A stretch of 64,000 bases of DNA from Paraspadella gotoi (taxonomy: Eukaryota > Animalia > Chaetognatha), in assembly GCA_051294375.1 (NCBI GenBank), contig CM119271.1, positions 12,949,039-13,013,038 of the forward strand, given 5' to 3'. The translations under genes and the position numbers were made by a program. The notes below the pieces were generated by a model. That model worked only from the letters and a program-made list of their open reading frames with translations. It had not been told where the DNA came from and ran no database searches. Position 1 is the stretch's first letter, and each line of letters starts with the position of its first letter. Positions 40,537 through 54,209 of this stretch are shown here, in pieces.

Positions 40537-41047
40537 AGAGAGAGAGAGGATGAGAAGAGAGAGAGAGAGAGAGATGTCGGCGTGAATTCACGTCATTCGA
40601 AAGGCCAATTTTCTGTGAATGTAAAAGATTTTGTGAACGCATTTTAAGAGTCGTTGATCGCGAATCGTGAATCGCGAAGCAGCGAAAAAAGGATGTCAAG
40701 GTTTTCAAAGCGACGACGACGACGAACGACCGACGAACGACTGACGACGACAACGACGACGACGACGACAACGACAGAAGAAAAACTGAAAAGATGAATG
40801 ATTGAAGAGAAATAATGAATGAAGTTATAACGAACGAATGAATAATTAGTGAACAAAATAAGAAAATGAACGAGGTAATACATGAATAAGAGATTAAAAA
40901 TTACGAACGCATGATGAATTTTAAAAAAAAGAGAAAGAAATAAAAAAAAAATTTAAAAAATTCGATGAAAACGCAATAAGGAACGAGTTGAGCCGATTCT
41001 GCGTCTTTACGGTTGATTTGATAAAGAGAGAGAGAGAAAAAGAGCCC

Positions 41048-41115
<68 letters not shown>

Positions 41116-41293
41116 AAGAGAGAGAAGAGAGAGACTAAAGTCTTTTAATTCTTTTTTAAGTTTTTCCCCGCATTTTTCTCATTATTCATTTTTTTTTTCG
41201 ATTTCCGCGCCGCTGAATTTCTTTTCGAATTCGACTACTTTATACTATAGTCTTTCCCTCTCTCTCTCTCTCTCTCGCTCTCTCATCTCTCAT

Positions 41294-41342
<49 letters not shown>

Positions 41343-42378
41343 CCTTGCGTATTACATTTCCTTTCAAACCTTACACAACGTAAAATTATTTTCCTGAATC
41401 TTCGTGAATGTTCATTCACTTTTTTAATCACGTTTCTCTTTGGGAATCATTCGTTCACTGTATTAAACTCTTTTTTTAATCTTTTTAATCTTTATTCAGA
41501 TCAAATCAACTTCGTAATCCACCTTTTACGAGATCAAGTATTAACGCCGCCCGATTTCTACGAAGTTACCGGGCGGAAATTAAAAGGCTTTGTAAAAAAA
41601 AAAAGAATAAAGAGAATATAAAGAGAAAGATAGAAAGAGAGAGAAAGAATGGGAGAGAGAGAGAGAGAAATTAAATAAAACATTTTCAGTTACTTTTGGA
41701 GATTGCGATGATAAATTATAGCAGCGACCTTTGCAGGATCTTTGCAGGGATTCTTGCAGGAACTTGCAGGATCTTGCCAGGGCATTTTGCAGGATCTTCA
41801 GGGATTTTCGCAGGATCTTGCAGGATCTTGCCTATAACAAAAATATGCAGTAAGAGTTTTTAAAAAACTAAAAAAACTGTCCCCAAAACGGATAGTTTTG
41901 AGTGCGCCCAATATTTATTTATTCTAGCTTTTACTCCTTCGAAACCTTCATCACTAACCAATGAAACAATGCATAATGAACGGTGTAATACTTTATTCCA
42001 TTCTCACCCAATCTTCATCCTTCCCTCCTTATCGAATGTGTTGATCGTTGCAATACTTGAATTCACTCCACCCAATTCATTGCTACTAATATAAACAATG
42101 TACATTTTTTGATCGCGTAATACTTTATTCCAACTCCTTCCAAACTTCTTCACTCCCAACTTCCAATTTTGTTCCCCAAAGTTCATTTCACTCTTGTCTC
42201 TTTCTCTTCCCAAGAGTCTTCGTTCCAACTCGTCATCAATGGTCTCATGGTCTCCAGTTGCAGCCAGAAAAACGTGACGAGTACAACGTCACCCTCTCTC
42301 TCTTTAACACACTCTCTTTCTCCCCTATCGCTTTCTCTCTTCCCCTCTATTCTAACTCCCTCTCTCCCTCTATTCTAA

Positions 42379-42415
<37 letters not shown>

Positions 42416-42561
42416 CTCCTCTCTCCCCCTCTCTTCTCTTGTTTCATTTGCCGCCTCTCTCCCCCCCCCCCTTTTCACTCTCGCTCTATCATGCAAAGAA
42501 AGCCTTAGTTTTAGAGGTCCTTTTTTTCCCCTGATTCTTTATCCTGGAATTCGTCCTCTCT

Positions 42562-42642
<81 letters not shown>

Positions 42643-44480
42643 TCCACGGGATTCGCGCCTCTCATTCCCCCGAGCGTTCAATAACTTCAAAGATTTACCG
42701 TCTCGCCCTCCACCTCTTTTTTTCGCCCGCTAGAGGTCGAAAGGAGGAGGAAGTAAGGGAGTGGAGGAAAAGGGGAGCTCTGGATTGGCGAGGGTGGGGG
42801 AATATTTTTCTTTTTCTCTCTCCTTTTTTTTTTGCTGCTTTGTTTCCTTTTTTCCTTAGCCTCGCCTTCTATTCCTTAATTCTTATCCCTTATTTCTTTC
42901 CTTTTTTCTCTCCTTTTTTTGGCCTTTATTTTTCCTCTTTTTTCTTATTCCTTTGCCTTTTTTTCCTTTCTCTTTTTCTCCTCTTCCTTTTTTTATTTTT
43001 CTTTTTAATTCTCCCCTCCCCCATCTCTTTACCAATGGGTCATTCACTCGCTGTCATATTCGCGAATTACCTGAAAACTCTTCACGGATTCTTTGTCTCT
43101 CTCTTTTAGCGAAAGAGGTGGACCGTTGCGATATGACCATCTTCGCATTACATTCTAACGGTTCGGTGGGCCATCTTATAAATTATTTTCCCTTCATGTT
43201 TCGTTTAAAACCCTATTAAAAAGTATCGTTGAAATACTAGAATAAGACTTTTATTGAAACCGTATCAAAAGATTTCGAGAAATGAATCTAAAACTACTAC
43301 ATATGTAAATGAATTGATAACTATGGCTGTCATCACAACCATTCACTAAACTTGCATTATAGCATAACATAAATCAAAATTCACTACACAACACCACTTA
43401 CGTCACGCACCATTACGTTGCTACACTACACTACACATTACACAACTATACTGCAACCGCTAACATAACGCATTATATTTAAATCCAAGCAGCTGCATTC
43501 ATTAACAACAATTTCTTCATCACCTTCAAAAGAAATCCTTTCCCCCTAAAACCTCACCCACCGACCCTATACCTTTTCGCCTTTCCCGACCTCTCTGACG
43601 AACCTACTTTCACCGACCTTTCCATCGCCGCGCGGCGTGCGGCGGCGATTCGCTACTCACCCTTCGACTGTCGAGGTTGGAGTCTTCGATTCTCAAGGGA
43701 CGAGGAGGAGGAATGAAGACGACCGACGCGATGAAGAAGACGACGTAAGACGATGATTTGACGACAACGAAATTGAAGGGGATGACGAAAGACGATGACG
43801 ACGCTTACTGGAAGAGACGACGATGAACGATGACAATGAATTGCAAGGAGTACATGCAAACAACGACGGACGATGAAGAAGGCGACAACGACAACCATGA
43901 GGACGGACGATGTACGATAAAACATGCATGACGATGATGAAGAAGACGATGAAGACAATGATAAATGACGACCACGAGGATGTAATACGACGAGACACGA
44001 AGAAAGACGACCCCGACGACGACGATGATGAGACATTGAAGAGGAGATGAAGACGACGATGAAGAAGATGACGACGACGACGATGATGCGACAACGACAT
44101 TTGAAGCATGGACAATGAAGACACGACGACGACGAAGAAGACGACGACGACCATGACGACGCACGACCGGGAAAAGCGTCTCCTTTTTCATATTGACTTT
44201 TTTTTCCCCAATTGACGCTTTTTGCTTCTTTTGCGCTACCCGCCCTCTTATCGGTTCTTCTGTTTTCCTCGGCCCTTCCGCTTCGGTTAACGCGTCCGTC
44301 CGTCCGTCCGTCCGTCCCGGTCCGTCCGTCCGTCCGTTCCGTCGTCGTCCGTCCGGTCCGTCCGGTTTCGTCCGTCCGTCAGTCCGTCCGTCCACACCTC
44401 TTGTCCGTCTTTCGTACCGCTCTCATATCACTTCTCTTTTCTTTTTCTTTCTTTTCTTTTTCTTTTCTTTTCTTTTTTTT

Positions 44481-44696
44481 TTTTAGTTGCGCGGTAAACA
44501 ACTCTGTCGTCGAGTTCGGGTCGGTTATGTCCCGTCCTTCGTGTCTGTCTCACTTACGATAAAAATCTGATATTCGGAAGCGCATAGCGTGTCGAACGCT
44601 CGTGGTATCGTTCACCCCATCGCCTCGGAAAATACGTAATACACGAAAGAAAGTCACTGCGACGCAAAACATTGGAATTACCTCTTCTCGTTTTTA
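44481..44696 (+). mobile_element. Short internally deleted HINE-like copy (same locus repeated at 53051-53257)
   Basis: ttttAGTTGCG...CAACTC, GTCN core, 3' end aaagtcactGCGACGCAAaacattggaa...tcgttttt. Confidence 0.55.
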
Positions 44697-46307
44697 TTCT
44701 CTTTTCTTCGCTTCTGATTCTCTTTTCATCTCTGTCTCCTTCTCTTTTTCTCTAATCTTCTTCTTCTCTTTTCTTTTTATGCTTTTTCTTCTCTATTTTC
44801 TTTTTTTTCCTTTTCTTCCGTCTCTCTTTCACTTTTCGATATCCTTCGACTCTCCTATTTTCAATTCTGCATCTCGTCCAATGCCGTCGGAGCCGTTTTA
44901 ATTTTTGACATACATACTCAATCTCTCTCTTTCCTCCTCCTCTCTCTCTCTTCTCTCTTCTCTCGCTCTCTCTCTCTCTCTCNNNNNNNNNNNNNNNNNN
45001 NNNNNNNCGTCGTCGTCGTCGGCGTCTCTTTTCGGCGTCGGTTCCCATCGTCGCCGATTTCGTGAATGACCCACTGACGTTGACCTCTCGGAACTTTTTT
45101 CCTTCTGCGATTGACGTCTGCTTTTAATTCGCTTTTATTTGCTTTTGACCAAAGCAAAGTGTCTTTATTATTAATTTTCAAAGTAATATATCTTGCAATA
45201 TTGAAATTGATCTTTGTCTCTCTTCTTAGCTCTCTCTCTCTCTCGTTCTCATCTCTCTCTCTCTCTCTCTAGCTCGTCTCTCTTCTCTCGTCTCTCTCTC
45301 TCTCTTTTTCTTTTTAATTTAATTCATAATCTACTTTCTCCTTCGATATTATTCATTACAATTTTCCCTTTCTCGTTTCCATTCTACTATAAGCGTACTC
45401 ATCTCCTTTTACTTAATTCATATCCTCTCTCTCTCAGCTCTCTTTCTCTCTCTACCTCTCCTACTCTCTTCTCTCGTCCTGCTTCTCTCTCATCTCGGTC
45501 TCTCTTTTTTTCTTTTCTCTGTGTTTGTCACTGTCTCTCTCTTCTTCTCTCTTAGGCTTATTCTTTTCTCTCTCTTTCTCTCTCTCTCCCGAGAAATAGC
45601 CGCCCCGAACGACGAACTGACCGACTTTTTAACCGGACAACACGCACGTGACTTGCCGCACGAGAGTTTGCGTCTTTTCCTTTTGAATCCGCGAAGAGTG
45701 AAATTCTTTTTGGTGAGTCTTTCACGGACGTCAAGAAGAGAGATGAGAGGAGAGAGGAGAGAGAGAGAGAGAGAGAGCAGAGCAGAGAGAGAGATGAGAA
45801 GAGAGAGAGAGAGAGAGATGTCGGCGTGAATTCACGTCAAATTGTCGAAATCCCGCGGGCCCAATTTTCTGTGAATGTAAAAGATTTTGTGAACGCATTT
45901 TAAGAGTCGTGAATCGCGAATGCGTGAATCATACGCGAAGCAGCGAAAAAGGATGTCAAGGTTTTCAAAGCGACGAAAGCGACGACGGAACGACCGACGA
46001 CGAACGACACAACAGACCGAACGACGAGACAACGACAGATAGAAGAAACTGAAAAGATGAAATGGATTGAAGTAGAATAATGAATGAATTAAACGAAACG
46101 ACATGAATAATTAGTGAACAAATAAGAAATGAACGAGGTAATAATGAATAAGAGACTTAAAAATACGAACGCATGAATGGAATTTAAAAAAAAAAGAGAA
46201 GAGAAAATAAAAAAAAATTTAAAAAATTTCGATGAAAACGCAATAGACGGAAGGTTTGAGCCGAATTCCTGCGTCTTTGACGGTTGGATTGATAAAGAGA
46301 GAGAGAG

Positions 46308-46383
<76 letters not shown>

Positions 46384-46592
46384 CTAAAAGTCTTTAATTC
46401 TTTTTTAAGTTTTTTTTTTTTCCCCGATGCGCTTTTCCTCATTATTCATTTTTTTTTTTTATCGATTTCCGCGGCCGCTGAATTTCTTTTCGAATTCGGC
46501 TCTTTTATTACTATAGTCTTTCCCTCTTCTCTCTCTGCTCTCTCTCTCGCCCTCGCTCCTCACTCATTCTCGTCTCTCTCATCTCTCCTCTC

Positions 46593-46631
<39 letters not shown>

Positions 46632-47010
46632 ACACATCACTTGCGTTTAATTTCCTTTCCAAACCTTAACGAACGTAAAAATTTATTTTTCCCTGAATTC
46701 TTCGTGAATGTTCTTCACTTTTTAATCCGTTTCTCTTCTGGGAATCATTCGTTCACTGTTTAAACTCTTTTTTAATCTTTTTAATCTTTATTCAGTCAAA
46801 TCACTTCGTAATCCACTTTATACGTAGATATAACGCCGCCCGATTTCTAGAAGTTACCGGGCGGAAATAAAAGGCTTTGTAAAAAAAAAAAAAGAATGAA
46901 AGAGAAATAAAGAGAAAGATAGAAAGAGAGAGAAAAAGAATGGGAGAGAGAGAGAGAGAAATAAATAAAACATTTTCAGTTAACTTTTGAGATGGGTATG
47001 ATAAATTATA

Positions 47011-47112
47011 GCAGGACCTTGCAGGATCTTGCAGGATCTTGCAGGATCTTGCAGGATCTTGCAGGATTTTGCAGGATCTTGCAGGATTTTGCAGGATCTT
47101 GCAGGATCTTGC
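47011..47112. repeat. 10-bp minisatellite (GCAGGATCTT)n, about 10 units
   Basis: Seen directly. Noisier copies at ~41732-41832 and ~50373-50462. Confidence 0.95.
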
Positions 47113-49642
47113 TATAACAAAAATATGCAGTAAGAGTTTTAAAAAACTAAAAAAACTGTCCCCAAAACGGATAGTTTTTGAGTTGCGCAATATTTATTTA
47201 TTCTAGCTTTTACTCCTTCGAACCTTCATCACTAACAATGAAACAATGCATAATGAACGGTGTAATACTTTATTCCATTCTCACCAATCTTCATCCTTCC
47301 CTCCTTATCGAATGGTGTTTGATCGTTGCAATACTTGAATTCACTCCACCCAATCTTCATTGCTACTAATATAACAATGTACATTTTTTGATCGGCGTAA
47401 TACTTTATTCCACTCCTTCCAAACTTCTTCACTCCCAACTTCCAATTTTGTTCCCAAAGTTCATTTCACTCTTGTCTCTTCTCTTCCCCAAGAGTCTCGT
47501 TCCAACTCGTCATCAATGGTCTCATGGTCTCCAGTTGCAGCCAGAAAACGTGACGACGTACAACGTCACCCTTTCTCTCTTTAACACACTCTCTTTCTCC
47601 CCCTATCGCTTTCTCTCTCCCTCTATTCTAACTCCCTCTCTCCCTCTATTCTAACTCTTGAGAGAGAACGAGAGAGGTCGATCCTTAATTCTTGCACGGA
47701 ATTACCTTAAAGCTCACGACGTAGATAAGCAATAATATACGGGAGAGATGATAAGAGAGAGAGAGAGACAGAGATGAGAAGAGGGAGAGAGAGAGAGAGA
47801 AAGAGATCGCAATCGCCTTTCGTAAACTCATTCGTCCTTCCATAAAAGGATCTCAAACTTTCGGCCAAAGGAGATTGTCGTCCTCATTGTCATAAGTCTT
47901 TATCTTGTCTTCATCGTTGACTTTGGTTCTTCTTTTAGTCTTATTTCTTGTTCTTGTCATCAATCGTTGTCGTCATCATCCGTCTTCTTGATCCTTTTGT
48001 ATCGGTCATTTATAAATGTCAGCTCGGGCTGTGCGTCAGGTATTGTCATGATGTCATAGTCTTTGTCATGATCGAATAAATCTTTGTCATCTACATCGTC
48101 GTCTTTACTCGTCATCGCCAGCTCCTCTCCTCCTCCGTTCACACGTGTCATCGAATGTCGTCGTCGGCTCCGTGATGAGATTTCACGATCGTTGATCGTC
48201 CGTCGTCGTCATCGGTCGTCGTCGTCGTCAGTCGTCATCGTAGTTGTTCGCGTTCATGCTCGTCTTCATTCATCGTCTGCGTCTTCGTTTCATCGTCGTC
48301 GTCGTTCATCTCGTTCGTCGAGTCGGCGTTCTCTTTCTCGGCGCTCGGTGTTCCCATCGTCGCCGATTTCGTGAATGACCACTGACGTTGACCTCTCGGA
48401 TACTTTTTTTCCTTCTGCGATTGATCGTCTGCGTGTTTTAATTGCTTTTATTTTGCTGTTTGACCAAAGCAAAGTTCTTATTATAATTTTTCAAAGTAAT
48501 ATATCTTGCATATGAAATTGATTCTTTGTCCTCTTCTTAGCTCTGCTCTCTCTCTCTCTCTCTCGGTCTCTCGTCTCTCTCTCTCCTCTGCTCTCTCTCT
48601 TCTCTTCGTCTCTCTCTCTCTCTCTTTTCTCTTTTAATTTATATTCATAATCTACTTTCTCCTTCGATATTATTCATTACCGTAACTTTTCCTTTCTCGT
48701 TTCCTTTTTACTATAAGCGTAACTCATCTCCTTTTACTTAATTCATTATCCTCTCCTCTCTCTCTCTTCTCTCCTCTACCTCTCAGTCTTCTCTTCTCTC
48801 TCTTATCTTCTCTCTCATCTCGTCTCTCTCTCTCTTTCTTTTCTCTGTGTTTGTCACTGTCTCTCTCTTCTTCTCTCTAGGCTTATTCTCTTTCTCTCTC
48901 TTTCTCTCTCTCTCCCCGGAGAATATAGCGCACCCGAAACGAGACTGACCGACTTTTACCGACAACACCGACTGACTTTGACCGACGAGAGTTTCGGTCT
49001 TGTCCTTTTGAATCCGCGAACGAGTGAATGTCTTTTTGGTGAGTCTTTCACGGACGTCAAGAGAGAGATAGAGAGAGGAGAGAGGACGAGAGAGAGAGAG
49101 AGAGAGAGAGCAGAGAGGATGAGAGAGAAGAGAGAGAAGAGAGAGATGTCGGCGTGAATTCACTGTCATAGTTGTCAGAAACTGGGGCCAATTTTCTTCG
49201 TGAATGTAAAAGATTTTGTGAACGATTTAAGAGTCGTGATCGCGAATCGTGAATCATTTGCGAAGCAGCGAAAAGGATGGTCAAGGTTTTCAAGCGACGA
49301 CGAAAGAGCGAACGACGCGAACGACGACGACGAACAAACGACGAAACGACGACGACAACGACAGAAGAAAAACTGAAAAGATGAAATGATTGAAGGAATT
49401 AATGAATGACATATAAAAACGCAAATCGAATGAATAATTAGTGAACAAATAAGAAAATGAACGAGTAATGAATGAATAAGAGAGTTAAAATACGAACGCA
49501 TGATGGAATTTTAAAAAAAAAAAGAAGAAAGAAAAAAAAAAAAATTTAAAAAATTTCGATGAAAACGCAATAAGGAACGAGTTGAGGTCCGAATTCCTGC
49601 GTCTTTGACGGTTGATTGATAAAGAGAGAGAGAGAAAAAGAG

Positions 49643-49696
<54 letters not shown>

Positions 49697-51060
49697 GAGA
49701 GAGAGAGAGAGAAGGAGACTAAAGTCTTTTAATTCTTTTTTAAGTTTTTCTTTCCCGAGGGCAGTAGGCTTTTCTCATTATTCATTTTTTTTTTACGATT
49801 TCCGCAGCGCTGAATTTCTTTTCGAATTCGGCCTCTTTTATACTATAGTCTTTCCCTCTCTCTCTCTGCTCTCTCTCCGCCCTCCTCCTCACTCTCTCCT
49901 CTCATCTCTCCTTCCCTCTCTCTCTCTCTCTCTCCTCTCTTCTCTCTCTCGTCACACACACTTGCGTATTAATTTCCTTTCAAACCTTACACAACGTAAA
50001 AAATTATTTTCCTGAATCTTTCGTGAATGTTCATTCACTTTTTTTTATTATCCGTTTCTCTTCCTGGGAATCATTCGTTACAGACTGTATTAAACTCTTT
50101 TTTATATCTTTTTTAATCTTTATTCAGTCAAATCACTTTCGTAATCCAACTTTTACAGTAAGTATTAACGCACGCCCGATTTCTACGAAGGTACCCGGGC
50201 GGGAAATTAAAAGGCTTTGTAAAAAACAAAAAAATAAAAGCAGAAAGGAAAATAAAGAGAAAGATAGAAAGATAGAGAGAAAGAATGGGAGAGGAGAGGA
50301 GAGAGAAAATTAAATAAAACATTTTCAGTTACGTTATCTGAGATTGCGATGATAAAATTATAGCAGCGACCTTTGCAGATCTTTGCAGGGATCTTGCAGG
50401 AACTTGCAGGATCTTGCCAGGCATTTTGCAGATCTTCAGGGATTTTCGCAGGATCTTGCAGGTCTTTCTATAACAAAAATATAGCAGTAAGAGTTTTTAA
50501 AAACTAAAAAAAACTGTCCCAAAACGGATAAGTTTTTTTGAGTGCGCCCAATATTTATTTATTCTAGCTTTTAACTTTACCCCTTCGAACCTTATCACTA
50601 ACAATGAAACAAAATGCATAATGAACGGTGTAATACTTTAATTCTCCATTCTCCCACAAATTCTTTCATCCTTCCCTCCTTATCGAATGGTTGATCGTTG
50701 CAATACTTGAATTCACTCCACCCAATTCATTGCTACTAATATAAACAATGTACATTTTTTGATCGCGGTAATACTTTATTCCACTCCTTCCAAACTTCTT
50801 CACTCCCAACTTCCAATTTTGTTCCCAAAGTTCATTTCACTCTTGTCTCTTTCTCTTCCCCAAGAGTCTTCGTTTCCAACTCGTCATCAATGGTCTCATG
50901 GTCTCCAGTTGCAGCCAGAAAAACGTGACGAGTACAACGTCAACCCTCTCTCTCTTTAACACACTCTCTTTCTCCCCTATCGCTTTCTCTCTTCCCCTCT
51001 ATTCTAACTCCCTCTCTCCCTCTATTCTAACTCTTTTCTCTCTCTCTCTCTCTTCTCTCT

Positions 51061-51106
<46 letters not shown>

Positions 51107-51339
51107 GTGTGTCTCAATGTGTCATATTCTATCTCACTGCTCCCTTCTCTCCCCCCCCCCCTTTTCACTCTCTGCTCTATCATGCAAAGAAAGACGCTTA
51201 GTTATAGAGGTGCCTTTTTTTCACTCCTGATTACGTATTATCCTGGAATTCGTTCCTCTCATATCTCATCTTCTCTCTCTCTCTCTCTCTTCTCTCTTCT
51301 CTCTCTTCTCTCTCNNNNNNNNNNNNNNNNNNNNNNNNN

Positions 51340-51370
<31 letters not shown>

Positions 51371-52412
51371 TCCACGGGATTCGCGCCTCTCATTCCCCCG
51401 AGGTTCAAAACTTCAAAGATTACCGTCTCGCCCTCCACCTCTTTTTTTCGCCGCTAGAGGTCGAAAGGAGGAGGAGGAGGGAGGGAGGAAAAGGGGAGCT
51501 CTGGATTGGGAGGGGGAAAATTTTTTTTTTCTTTTTCTCTCTCCTTTTTTTTTCTGTCTTTTTGTTCCTTTTTTCCTTAGCCTCGCCTTCTATTCCTTTA
51601 ATTCTTTATCCCTTTATTTCTTTCCTTTTTTTCCTCTCCTTTTTTTTTTGGCCTTTATTTTGCCTCTTTTTTCTTTATTCCTTTGCCTTTTTTTCTTTCT
51701 CTTTTTTCCTCTTCCTTTTTTCTTTTTCTTTTTATTCTCCCTCCCCCATCTCTTTACAATGGGGTCATTCACACGCTGTCATATTCCGCGAATTTCCTGA
51801 ACTCTTCACCGGAACTTTGTCTCTCTCTTTTTGCGAAAGGGTGACCGTTGCCGAATGACCATCTTCGATACATTCTAACGGTCGGTGGGCATCTTATAAA
51901 TTATTTCCCTCATGGTTCGTTTAAACCCTATTAAAAGTATCGCTGAAATACTAGAATAAGACTTTTATGAAAACCGTATCAAAAGATTTGAGAAATGATC
52001 TAAACTACTACAATATGTAAATGAGATTGAGGAACTCATGGCTGTCATCACAACCATCACTAAACTGCATTATAGCACAACATAAATCAAAATTCACTAC
52101 ACAACACCACTACGTCACGACACCATTACGTTGCTACACTACACTACACATTACACAACTATACTGCACCGCTACATAACGCATTATATTTAAAATCCCA
52201 AGCAGCTGCATTCATTAACAACCAATTTTCTTCATCACCTTCAAAAGAAATCTTTCACCCTTAAAACCTCACCCACCGACCCTTACCTTTTTCGCCTTTC
52301 CCGATCCTCTCTGACGAACCTTACCTTTCACCGACCTTTCCATCGCCGCGCGGCGTCGGCGGCGATTCGCTACTCACCCTCGACTGTCGAGGTGAGTCTT
52401 CGATTCTCAAGG

Positions 52413-52800
52413 GACGAGGAGGAGGATGAAGACGACGACGACGATGAAGAAGACGACGAAGACGATGATGACGACAACGAAATTGAAGGGGATGACGAAG
52501 ACGATGACGACGATGAAGAAGACGACGATGACGATGACAATGACATTGAAGAGGACGATGAAGACAACGACGACGATGAAGAAGGCGACAACGACAACCA
52601 TGAGGACGACGATGACGATAAACATGATGACGATGATGAAGAAGACGATGAAGACAATGATAATGACGACCACGAGGATGAATACGACGACGACGACGAA
52701 GAAGACGACGACGACGATGATGCGACAACGACATTTGAAGCATGGACAATGAAGACACGACGACGACGAAGAAGACGACGACGACCATGACGACGACGAC
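52413..52800 (+). repeat. Degenerate (GAY/GAA)n trinucleotide tract with an open Asp/Glu-rich frame
   Basis: ORF 52392-52790. Noisy copy at ~43700-44165. Coding status is unsupported. Confidence 0.7.
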
Positions 52801-54175
52801 GGAAAAGCGTCTTCCTTTTCATATTGACTTTTTTTTCCCCATTGACGCTTTTTGCTTCTTTGCCGCTGACCCGCCCTCTTTCGGTTCTTCTGTTCCTCGG
52901 CCCTCCGCTTCGTTAACGCAACCGTCCGTCCGTCCGTCCGTCAGTCCGTCCGTCCGTCCGTCCACACCTCTGTCCGTCTTTCCGTACCCACTCTCATATC
53001 ACTTCTCTTTTCTTTTCTTTTTCTTTTCTTTTTCTTTTCTTTTCTTTTTTTTTTTTAGTTGCGCGGAACAACTCTGTCGGTCGGTCGGTCGGTATGTCCG
53101 TCTTTTCGTTGGTCTGTCTCACTTACGATAAAAATCTGAATTCGGAAGCAGAGCGTGTCGAACGCTCGTTGGTATCGTCACCCCATCGCTCGGAAATACG
53201 TATACACGAAAGAAAGTCACTGCGACGCAAAACATTGGAATTACCCTTCTCGTTTTTATTCTCTTTTCTTCGCTTCTGACTTCTTTTCGTCTCTGTCTCC
53301 TTCTCTTTTCTCTAATCTTCTTCTTCTCTTTTCTTTTTATGCTTTTCTTCTCTATTTCTCTTTTTTTTCCTTTTCTCCGTCTCTCTTTCACTTTTCGATA
53401 TTCCTTCGACTCTCCTATTTTCAATTCTGCATCTCGTCAATGTCGTCGAGCCGTTTCTTCTATTTTTGACTCTCTCTCCTCTCTCCTCCTCTTCTCTTTC
53501 TCTTCTCTCCTCTCTCTCATCACTCTCTCCTCCTCTCTTCCTCTCGCTCTTCTCTCTGTAGCTCTCTTTCCACTTATCACGCCCGCGCACGCACTCGAAA
53601 CACATCTCCGCCTCGGTCCGCACTCCTCTCATTCATCACCTCTATTTCTCTATCCTCTCTCTCCCATCTTACTCTTTCACTCTCTCGCGATCTCACTCTC
53701 TCATCAACTTCACCTTCCTCACAGTCTCCGCACCATCCACCTCCACCCCCAGCCCCACGCCAGCCCATCACACTCCTTGCATCGGCACGAGCACCACTCA
53801 CCTCGCTCTCCAGTACCTCTCATCACCACCACGCTCCTCACTCATCCCTCCACTCTAAACCTCTCATCACACGCCAACACCCACACGTCGACTCTCACCT
53901 CACCACCTCGGCACCAACCCAAACCCCGCCACTCACCACTCTCTCACAACTCACCCAACTCTCGCTCTCTCTCTTCTCTCTCTCGCTGAAACACAATCGC
54001 CTCGCCACTCCACCCACCACTCCTCTCCGCTCGCACCGTCTCTACTCTCCTCCACTCTCTCTCTCAACTCACTTCATCACTGCTAGACACTCTCTTCTTT
54101 TCTTCTTCTTCTCTCTTGCTCTCCTCTCTCCCCTCTCTTCTTCTCTCTCTCCCTCCTCTCCTCCTCCTCTCTCTC

Positions 54176-54209
<34 letters not shown>

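Larger units (their letters stand above)
30400..41580 (+). repeat. Right arm of the giant inverted repeat
   Basis: Matches the left arm as listed above. Interrupted by gaps and by low-quality sequence at 34270-38128. Confidence 0.9.
45008..53500 (+). repeat. Tandem direct re-copies of ~39250-44980
   Basis: 45008-47660 matches 39790-42380. 47750-53500 matches 39250-44980. Copies differ mainly by scattered 1-2 nt indels. Confidence 0.9.

Noticed and set aside
21180-41580. Giant foldback or Polinton-like transposon with long TIRs
   Set aside because: Arms are ordinary microsatellite-rich genomic sequence with no transposase, integrase or polymerase and no TSD; the boundary coincides with a 25-N spacer.
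42258-43109. 283-aa hydrophobic ORF resembling a membrane protein
   Set aside because: Pyrimidine-rich low-complexity sequence; frame not conserved in the copy at 50.9-51.9 kb.
39250-53500. Real tandem segmental triplication
   Set aside because: Copies differ by random indels rather than shared substitutions and are joined at 25-N spacers or AG tracts; treated as redundant reads pending depth data.
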